DNA of 64,000 nt, taken from contig CAVTCS010000003.1 of the NCBI GenBank assembly GCA_963733295.1, positions 1,120,001 through 1,184,000 of the forward strand. The letters are read 5' to 3'. Both the position numbers and the translations under genes were made by a program. This DNA comes from Vulcanimicrobiota bacterium (lineage in GTDB: Bacteria; Vulcanimicrobiota; Vulcanimicrobiia; Vulcanimicrobiales; Vulcanimicrobiaceae). Below, one piece after another: positions 57,310 through 64,000 of this stretch. Numbering within the stretch: position 1 is the first letter of the stretch; each line of letters begins with the position of its first letter. The notes under the pieces are model-generated. The model saw nothing but the letters and a program-made list of their open reading frames with translations, made no database searches and was not told the origin of the DNA.

Positions 57310-58329
57310 ATGTCAGTGAGTCTGAAACAGGCTGCCGTGATCGGCGCTTACGTTGTCAAACAGAAGCTCATGGGCCGCAAGAAATACGCCCTGACGCTGA
57401 TGCTCGAACCGCTCTTCCGTTGCAACCTCGCCTGCTCCGGCTGCGGCAAGATCCAGCACCCGGTCGAAGTTCTCAGGCGCCACCTCACGCCCGCGGAATG
57501 CTTTGCGGCGGTCGACGAGTGCGGCGCGCCCGTTGTGGCGATTCCGGGTGGCGAACCGCTTCTTCATCCGCAGATCGACGAGATCGTGCGCGGTCTGATC
57601 CAGCGCAAAAAATTCGTGTACCTCTGCACGAACGCAGTTCGCTTGGAAGCGAACCTCGACAAGTTCGTGCCTTCGGAATACTTCTCGTTTTCCGTGCATC
57701 TCGACGGTATCAAGCCGGTGCACGATAAAGCCGTTGCGAAGGAAGGCGTCTTCGATATCGCGGTCAAGGCGATCAAAGCCGCCAAGGGGCGCGGTTTTCG
57801 CGTTACGACCAACACGACGATCTTCAACGATGCCAAGCCCGAGGAAGTTCAAGAGTTCTTCGATTTCGCGACCAACGAACTAAAGGTCGACGGAATGATG
57901 ATTTCGCCGGGCTATCCCTACGAGAAGGCGCCCGATCAGGAGCACTTTCTGCACCAAGCTCAGACCAAAGCGCTCTTCCGCGAGATCTTCGCGCCCTACA
58001 CCGCCAAGAAAAAGAAGTGGAACTTCAACGCCAGCCCGCTCTTCCTGGATTTCCTCATGGGCGAGAAAGAGTACGATTGCACCCCGTGGGGCATGCCGTC
58101 GTATAGTTTATTCGGATGGCAGCGGCCGTGCTATCTTCTCGGCGAAGGCTATGCGAAATCGTACCGCGAGCTGATCGAGTCGACGGATTGGTCCCAGTAC
58201 GGTCACAAAAGCGGAAACCCCAAGTGCACCGACTGCATGGTGCACTGCGGCTTCGAACCGACCGCGGCCGAAGATGCGATGCGTCCGCGCAACGTCGGGC
58301 GCTCCTTCGCCTCGATCCTGAGCCGTTAG
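57310..58329 (+). CDS. hpnH: Adenosyl-hopene transferase (radical SAM)
   Basis: LMLEPLFRCNLACSGCGKIQ, GGEPLLHP, SPGYPYEKAPDQ, CTPWG, C-x-DCMVHCG. Confidence 0.95.
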   Translation: MSVSLKQAAVIGAYVVKQKLMGRKKYALTLMLEPLFRCNLACSGCGKIQHPVEVLRRHLTPAECFAAVDECGAPVVAIPGGEPLLHPQIDEIVRGLIQRKKFVYLCTNAVRLEANLDKFVPSEYFSFSVHLDGIKPVHDKAVAKEGVFDIAVKAIKAAKGRGFRVTTNTTIFNDAKPEEVQEFFDFATNELKVDGMMISPGYPYEKAPDQEHFLHQAQTKALFREIFAPYTAKKKKWNFNASPLFLDFLMGEKEYDCTPWGMPSYSLFGWQRPCYLLGEGYAKSYRELIESTDWSQYGHKSGNPKCTDCMVHCGFEPTAAEDAMRPRNVGRSFASILSR

Positions 58330-59014
58330 CGGCTTCGATTCGGTTTTCGTTCCGCGAGGCGCCGAGGAACGCGCCGTCCGGAAGGCCGTCGCGCGCGGCG
58401 CGTTTCGGCCGCGCGTCGAGGTTTGCGGCATCGGCCCCAGCGCCGCCGAACGGGCTGCGGCGACCGCGCTAGCCGGAGCTCCGATGCGCCGCGCGCTGGT
58501 CGTCGGCTTGTGCGGCTTTCTGGTTCCCGAGTTCGGCGTCGGCGACGTCGCGATCTACGGATCGATTCGGGCCGAGCGCGGATCGCTCGAGATCGATCCC
58601 GAGTTGCTTCGAGAGCTCGCCGCGGCGTTGCCCTCCGCGCGGAGCGTGCGCGGCGTCGAAAGCGCCGCCATCGTTACGTCGCCGCGAGCGAAAGCCGACC
58701 TGGCACTGCGATTCGGGGCGCACGCGGTCGACATGGAAAGCTTCGCGCTCGTCGAGCGCTTGAAGTTCGGGGGCGTCAGCGCAGCGATCGTGCGGGTCGG
58801 CAGCGATGTAAGCGGAGACGAATTGCCCGATCTCTCCGGAGCGCTCGATGCGGCGGGGAATCTCCATCCGCTGAGCGCCGCGCGCGCGTTGTTACGCCGC
58901 CCGGCCGCCGGGCTGCGACTGGCTCGCAACGGTCTTCGCGCGCTCGCCGTTCTGGAACGGACCGTGGAGCAGCTCTGCAGCTACGCCTCGAAGGCGGGGG
59001 TCCCAGGGCCGTAA
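58325..59014 (+). CDS. hpnG: Hopanoid-associated nucleoside phosphorylase/nucleosidase
   Basis: VFVPRGAEERAV, VVGLCG, VGDV, AVDMES, RVGSD. The conserved N-terminus lies upstream of the first ATG (58484); the true start is unresolved. Confidence 0.75.
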   Translation, partial: VSGFDSVFVPRGAEERAVRKAVARGAFRPRVEVCGIGPSAAERAAATALAGAPMRRALVVGLCGFLVPEFGVGDVAIYGSIRAERGSLEIDPELLRELAAALPSARSVRGVESAAIVTSPRAKADLALRFGAHAVDMESFALVERLKFGGVSAAIVRVGSDVSGDELPDLSGALDAAGNLHPLSAARALLRRPAAGLRLARNGLRALAVLERTVEQLCSYASKAGVPGP

Positions 59015-60180
59015 GTACGGCCTTTCCAACTGCTGCCACGCTTGCGCGCGTAGGCGAGAGCCGAGTCCACGGTCATCGCCGTGTAGAGCATTGCGGCGAG
59101 CGGCAGCGTCAGGACGTCCGTTGACGGTAGGCGGTAGGCCCGGACGGTCGGGAGGTAAGCAACGCTCATCAACAGCCAGCCGAGCGCTCCGGAAGCGGCC
59201 AGCAACGGGTCGCGACGCACGACGCCGGCCAGCGTCGCCAGCGGCGGCAGGGCGTAGAGAAACGTCATGCCTGCCACGGTCAACGCGACCATCGGATACG
59301 AGTGGTTGAGTTGCGGAAAAGCCGACCGCTTCACCATGCGCCAGAGTTCGTCGAGGTTTTCGTAGGCGCGAATGCTCGTCGTCCGGGCGCTGAGCCCGAG
59401 CCAAATTTTGCCGCCGCCACGTTTGACCTTTGCGGCCAGCGTGCAGTCGTCAATCAATGCGTCCTTGATCGCGGCGAGGCCGCCGATGCGCTCGAGCGCG
59501 GCGTCGCGCAACAGAACGCAGCCGCCCGCGGCCGCCGCAGTGTTGCGCGCGGGATCGTTCGACCACGAAAACGGGTAGATTTTGCGGAAAAAGAACACGA
59601 AGGCGGGAATCAGAAGGCGTTCCCAACCGCTCGCACAGTGCAAGCGCACCATGAGCGATGCGAGGTCGAGCCGTTCCGCTTCCGCTTTGGCCAGCAGCGC
59701 CGCAACGTTCCCCGAGTCGTGAAGGATATCTGCATCCGTGAACAGCCAAAAGTCGGGCGATCCGCGTCGAGCGCGCACCGTCTGCACGCCGCTTTCCAGC
59801 GCCGCGATTTTGCCCGCCCAGCCGGCCTCCAGGGGTCGTGCCGCGGCCACCGTGAGCTCGACGCCGTGCGCGCTTCCGGCGGCCTCACGCGCGACCTCGC
59901 CGGTGCCGTCGTCGCTTCCGTCGTCGACCAGCGTAACGTGGAAATCCGTCAGGTTCCGCTGGGCCAGGAGCGAGGCGACCGCCGGCCCGACGACGCCTGC
60001 TTCGTTGCGTGCCGGCACGACGGCTTCGACGCGGAGCGCCCGGTTCTCGGGTTGTTCGGCGCTAAAATGATCGTCGAGCGTCGCTCGCCAGAATCCTCCG
60101 CGCAGAAAAACGAGGCCGGCCCAGGCTGCCGCAGCCGGCAGCGAAGCGGCGAGCAACACCGAATACCTCACGTCATGCAC
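58981..60180 (-). CDS. hpnB: Hopene-associated GT2 glycosyltransferase
   Basis: RGGFW, VPARNE, VDDGSDDGT, GWAGK, TDADI, LIPAFVFFF, AAAAGGC, LIDDC, QLNHS. Confidence 0.9.
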   Translation of the reverse strand: MHDVRYSVLLAASLPAAAAWAGLVFLRGGFWRATLDDHFSAEQPENRALRVEAVVPARNEAGVVGPAVASLLAQRNLTDFHVTLVDDGSDDGTGEVAREAAGSAHGVELTVAAARPLEAGWAGKIAALESGVQTVRARRGSPDFWLFTDADILHDSGNVAALLAKAEAERLDLASLMVRLHCASGWERLLIPAFVFFFRKIYPFSWSNDPARNTAAAAGGCVLLRDAALERIGGLAAIKDALIDDCTLAAKVKRGGGKIWLGLSARTTSIRAYENLDELWRMVKRSAFPQLNHSYPMVALTVAGMTFLYALPPLATLAGVVRRDPLLAASGALGWLLMSVAYLPTVRAYRLPSTDVLTLPLAAMLYTAMTVDSALAYARKRGSSWKGRTYGPGTPAFEA

Positions 60181-60212
60181 CGCTTCGTACTTCGCACTCC
60201 GAGGCCTTGCCG

Positions 60213-62135
60213 ATGACCGCCCTCGCCAACGACGTATCGCTGGCCGAAGGCGTCGCGAACGCCATCGCTGCAAGCCGGGATCGGCTGCTCTCGCAGCAAC
60301 ATCCCGACGGCTACTGGTGGGCTAAGCTCGAATCGAACGTAACGATCACTTCGGAGATCGTGCTGCTCCACAAGATCTGGGGCACCGAGGCGCGCGTGCC
60401 GCTCGACAAGATGAAAAACTACCTGCTGCGCGAGCAGCGCGCGCACGGCGGCTGGGAGCTTTTCTACGACGACGGTGGCGAAGTCAGCACCTCGGTCGAA
60501 GCCTACATGGCGCTGCGTCTGCTCGGCGTTCCGGCCGACGATCCGGCGCTTTCGCACGCGCGCGAGTTCATTCTTGCGCGCGGCGGAATATCCAAAACGC
60601 GCGTCTTCACCAAGATGTTTCTGGCCCTCATCGGCTGTTACGATTGGCGCGGTTTGCCGATCCTTCCACCCTGGATCATGCTGCTGCCGAAGTGGTCGCC
60701 GTTTACGATCTACGACCTCTCGAGTTGGGCGCGCGGCAGCACCGTACCGTTGATCGTGGTATTCGATGGGCGTCCGGCGTACGAGATTTCGCCGAAGATC
60801 ACGCTCGAAGAGCTGTACGCCGAAGGCTACGAAAACGCGCGCTTCCGCCTGCCTGGCGGAACCCAGCCGATCGACGGCGTTTTTCTCGCGCTGGACGGAG
60901 CGCTGCGTTTGATGCAGGAAGCGAACCTCGTGCCGTTTCGCAAGCGCTCGATCGAAGCGGCACGGCGCTGGTTTCTCGAGCGCCAGGAAGAGATGGGCGA
61001 TTGGGCCGGGATCATTCCGGCGATGGTCAACTCGCTCTTGGCGTTGCGCTTGCTCGGCTACGACAAGGACGATCCGGCCGTGGCGCGCGGCTTGGATTCG
61101 ATCGATCGATTCGGGGTCGAAGACGGCGACTATTACTGGGTTCAGCCGAGCATCTCGGTCGTATGGGACACCGCGCTCGTGATTCGCGCGCTGGTCGACG
61201 CGGGCGTTCCTTCCGATCATCCCGCGCTCGCGCGCGGGGCCGAGTGGCTTATCTCGAAACAAATCCTCAAAGGCGGCGATTGGCAGTGGCGTTCCAAGGG
61301 CGAACCCGGAGGCTGGGCTTTCGAGTTTTGGAACGACTGTTATCCGGACGTCGACGACTCGGCAGCGGTCGTCATGGCTTTGCACGACGTCACGCTGCCC
61401 GACAACGCCCGTAAACGCGGCACGATCGTACGCGCGGCTCGCTGGATCGATTCGATGCAATCGCGCGCGGGCGGCTGGGGCGCCTATGACGTCGACAACG
61501 ACAAAGCGTGGCTCAACCGTTTACCATATGCTGACCTGCGCGCGATGATCGATCCGAACACCGCCGATCTGACCGCGCACGTGCTCGAGATGCACCTGCA
61601 CTGCGAAACGGTGGGTGACCACCGGAGCTTCGACCGCGGCGTGCGCTTTCTGCTGGCCGATCAGTGCGCCGACGGCTCGTGGTTCGGCCGCTGGGGCGTG
61701 AACTATCTCAACGGCACGGGCTCGGCGCTCGTGACGCTCTCGCTTCTGCCGGTGAAGCCGGAATACTCGCGCGCCCTCGATCGCGGCGTCGCATGGCTGC
61801 TGCGCGTGCAAAACGCCGACGGAGGCTGGGGCGAAACTCCCCGGAGTTACGATGACCCGGCGCTCAAGGCAATCGGACCGAGCACGCCGTCGCAGACCGC
61901 TTGGGTCTTGCAAGGGCTCATCGCATGCTACGATCGCCTCGCTGAGGCCGGCCGAACGGCGCTGGACCGCGGCATTGCATTTCTCGTCGAGCGGCAGCTT
62001 CCCGACGGCGGCTGGGACGAACCCGAATTCACGGGGACCGGTTTCCCCGGTCATTTCTACCTCAACTATAACCTCTATCGCGAGCACTATCCGCTCTCTG
62101 CGCTGGGGCGTTACGCCCGCTTGACTTCAGCCTGA
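60213..62135 (+). CDS. shc: Squalene-hopene cyclase
   Basis: DGYWW, YPDVDDSA (DxDD), multiple QW repeats, GRWGVNY, FTGTGFP. Confidence 0.97.
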   Translation: MTALANDVSLAEGVANAIAASRDRLLSQQHPDGYWWAKLESNVTITSEIVLLHKIWGTEARVPLDKMKNYLLREQRAHGGWELFYDDGGEVSTSVEAYMALRLLGVPADDPALSHAREFILARGGISKTRVFTKMFLALIGCYDWRGLPILPPWIMLLPKWSPFTIYDLSSWARGSTVPLIVVFDGRPAYEISPKITLEELYAEGYENARFRLPGGTQPIDGVFLALDGALRLMQEANLVPFRKRSIEAARRWFLERQEEMGDWAGIIPAMVNSLLALRLLGYDKDDPAVARGLDSIDRFGVEDGDYYWVQPSISVVWDTALVIRALVDAGVPSDHPALARGAEWLISKQILKGGDWQWRSKGEPGGWAFEFWNDCYPDVDDSAAVVMALHDVTLPDNARKRGTIVRAARWIDSMQSRAGGWGAYDVDNDKAWLNRLPYADLRAMIDPNTADLTAHVLEMHLHCETVGDHRSFDRGVRFLLADQCADGSWFGRWGVNYLNGTGSALVTLSLLPVKPEYSRALDRGVAWLLRVQNADGGWGETPRSYDDPALKAIGPSTPSQTAWVLQGLIACYDRLAEAGRTALDRGIAFLVERQLPDGGWDEPEFTGTGFPGHFYLNYNLYREHYPLSALGRYARLTSA

Positions 62136-62704
62136 GCCGTCCGGTTCACAAGCGCGTCTGCGTGTTCTGCGGATCGCGCGACGGCGACCGGCGGCTCTAT
62201 CGCGAAGCCGCCGCCGAACTGGGCCGCAAAATCGCGGAACGTGGTCTGGGTCTAGTCTACGGCGGAGGACGCGTCGGCTTGATGGGCGCGCTTGCGGACG
62301 CCGCGCTCGCTGCCGGCGGCGAAGTGATCGGAGTGATTCCGAAAGCGCTTGCCGCGCGGGAAGTCGCGCACGCTTCGGTCACGCACATGCATTTCGTCGA
62401 CTCGCTGGCCGAGCGCAAAGCCTTGATGTTCGAGCATGCCGACGCCTTCGTCACCCTCCCGGGTGGTTACGGTACGCTCGACGAGTTCTTCGAAGCCGTG
62501 ACCGAGCTGCAACTTGGATTTCACGCGAAACCTTGCGGGCTGCTCGACATCGACGGCTATTTCGACCGTTTGATCGGCATGCTCGAACATGCGATCTCCG
62601 AAGGATTCATCAGCCGCGAGCACCGTGCCCTGATAGCACACGAGAAGGATGCGGACGCTCTACTCGACCGGCTGCTCGGCCCGGCTCTTCTGCCGGAAAC
62701 CTAA
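62132..62704 (+). CDS. LOG-family phosphoribohydrolase (TIGR00730-like)
   Basis: KRVCVFCGS, VYGGG-x2-GLMG, ERK, PGGYGTLDE. The N-terminus extends to a CTG overlapping the shc stop. Confidence 0.9.
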   Translation: MSRPVHKRVCVFCGSRDGDRRLYREAAAELGRKIAERGLGLVYGGGRVGLMGALADAALAAGGEVIGVIPKALAAREVAHASVTHMHFVDSLAERKALMFEHADAFVTLPGGYGTLDEFFEAVTELQLGFHAKPCGLLDIDGYFDRLIGMLEHAISEGFISREHRALIAHEKDADALLDRLLGPALLPET

Positions 62705-62720
62705 TGCGCCGCGGCGTCGC

Positions 62721-62834
62721 TCAGTGTGAGACGGTTCGAAAGGCCTGACAGGCCGCAAAAATCAGCAGCGTCACGAGCACGCTGATCGCGATCGAGCCGA
62801 GGCAACCGACTCGGTTGTTGAAGAACAGGAACAT
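62721..62834 (-). CDS. Small membrane peptide (37 aa)
   Basis: MFLFFNNRVGCLGSIAISVLVTLLIFAACQAFRTVSH; ATG 3 nt after the panE stop; single TM helix. Confidence 0.6.
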   Translation of the reverse strand: MFLFFNNRVGCLGSIAISVLVTLLIFAACQAFRTVSH

Positions 62835-62837
62835 CGG

Positions 62838-63752
62838 CTACTCGCGGGAGGCTGCTTCTTTCGCTTTGACCAGGCGGAGAATCGCCTCGTTGTACGGCGT
62901 CGGCACGCCCGTGCGGCTGCCCGCGGCGACGATCGCGCCGTTGATCTGCTGCACCTCCGTCTTGAGGCGGGCGCCCAGATCGACCGTCATCGAGTTCCAG
63001 CCGTCGCTGCTCGAGGCGACGATGCTGCGCACGTATTCCCACGGATCGCCGAAGGGCAGGTTGATGTGCAGTGCCTTTGCGACCGCGGCGGCTTCGAGCG
63101 CGAGCGAACGCGCTAACTCGGCTGCGTTCGGGTCGGTCAGGATGATCGAGTTCTTGCTGTCGATCAGAGCCGAGATCGGATTGATCGCGGCGTTGGCGAG
63201 CAGCTTGCCCCACTGATGCGGGTGGATGTCGTAGGCGATCGCGCAGTCGAGGCCGCCGGCTTGCAGTAGCGCCTGCACCGCGCGCACCGTCTCGGTCGAG
63301 GCTCCCCCCGAACCGACGACGGTGGTCCCGACGCCCAGCCTGCGCGAACGCCCGTGTCCCACCGCGAGCGCCGACTCGTTCGTGATGCCGATGACGAGCG
63401 GCACGTTGCTGCCCAGCGCGACTTTGATGGCCTCCTCATTACCGAGCCCGTTCTGCAAGCTTACGATCGGGGTCGCGGGGTTGAGCTGGCCGGCGAACGG
63501 CCGGATCGCGGCCAGCGTGTTCGGCGCTTTGACGAACACGAACAGAAAGTTCGTCGCGAAGGCGCGGGCGGGGTCGATGCTCGCCACGACGGGCCGGGGC
63601 GGCAGATCGTCGATCTGTACGCCCTGCGCGTTGATCGACTCGACCACATCTCCACGGACGTCGATCAGCGTCACGTCGTTATCGGCCGCGAGCAGGTACG
63701 CGTACAGGGTGCCCATCGTGCCGGCGCCGAGAATTGCGACCTTTGCGCGCAT
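62838..63752 (-). CDS. panE: 2-dehydropantoate 2-reductase
   Basis: GAGTMG, FVKA, SLQNGLG, WGKLLANAAINP, SM-x2-D, TE-x3-INGAI; TGATG overlap with the upstream gene. Confidence 0.9.
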   Translation of the reverse strand: MRAKVAILGAGTMGTLYAYLLAADNDVTLIDVRGDVVESINAQGVQIDDLPPRPVVASIDPARAFATNFLFVFVKAPNTLAAIRPFAGQLNPATPIVSLQNGLGNEEAIKVALGSNVPLVIGITNESALAVGHGRSRRLGVGTTVVGSGGASTETVRAVQALLQAGGLDCAIAYDIHPHQWGKLLANAAINPISALIDSKNSIILTDPNAAELARSLALEAAAVAKALHINLPFGDPWEYVRSIVASSSDGWNSMTVDLGARLKTEVQQINGAIVAAGSRTGVPTPYNEAILRLVKAKEAASRE

Positions 63753-64000
63753 CAGTAGTAAGCCCGGTAGCGGCGGCCCCCCTGGCCCCGGCGTACCGTG
63801 AAGAATCCGATCGTAAAGACGCCCGTCAAGAAGCCTCCGATATGGGCGAAATAGGCGATGCCGCCGGCTTGTTCGGAGGCAACGTTCGTCGTAATGCTGC
63901 CGATTCCGTGAACGAACTGAACGACCGCCCACAGCCCAATCACGAGCGCGGCCGGCAAACGCAGCAAGAGCGGGAAACATCCGATCGGCACGACGGTGCG
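63752..64000 (-). CDS. Rhomboid protease, C-terminal part (5' end outside window)
   Basis: GGIAYFAHIGGFLTG catalytic-His motif. Confidence 0.82.
   Translation of the reverse strand, partial: RTVVPIGCFPLLLRLPAALVIGLWAVVQFVHGIGSITTNVASEQAGGIAYFAHIGGFLTGVFTIGFFTVRRGQGGRRYRAYY

Noticed and set aside
1..64000. CRISPR arrays, rRNA, IS transposases, defence systems
   Set aside because: No regularly spaced repeats or matching motifs were seen by eye; highly degenerate elements could be missed.

Overview
High-GC bacterial chromosomal window, mostly housekeeping genes. The gene mix (cdaA-cdaR-glmM, a c-di-AMP riboswitch, Flp pilin, class I PhaC, cyanobacteria-like hopanoid genes) suggests a soil Terrabacteria lineage such as Ca. 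Eremiobacterota/Vulcanimicrobiota; this is inference, not proven. In order: partial icd; an EgtB/OvoA-family sulfoxide synthase; deoC-ALDH-metallophosphoesterase; aroC-aroK-aroB-priA; an orphan Flp pilin; phaC plus a hydrolase; rpsT; rsgA; hyp-cdaA-cdaR-glmM followed by a c-di-AMP riboswitch on an NlpC/P60 gene; tRNA-Gln(TTG) with a decayed ~4.1 kb islet bounded by two degenerate tRNA 3' copies; glcF/mmsA/glcD; a DHA2 MFS; split UxaA; ilvD-thrC-thrB-mdh; citrate synthase; an Ldh_2 enzyme; a Xer recombinase with a dif-like 11-6-11 site just upstream; and a ~12 kb 2-methylhopanoid cluster (hpnP, one-step squalene synthase, compact RND, hpnA, hpnH, hpnG, hpnB, shc, LOG). The most notable signals are this cyanobacteria-like cluster with an adaptor-less RND lacking docking domains (candidate non-HpnN hopanoid transporter), three cluster genes that appear to start at non-canonical codons at stop/start overlaps, and the xer/dif-like module. 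No CRISPR array or rRNA was seen. Family calls come from recalled motifs, not database searches.
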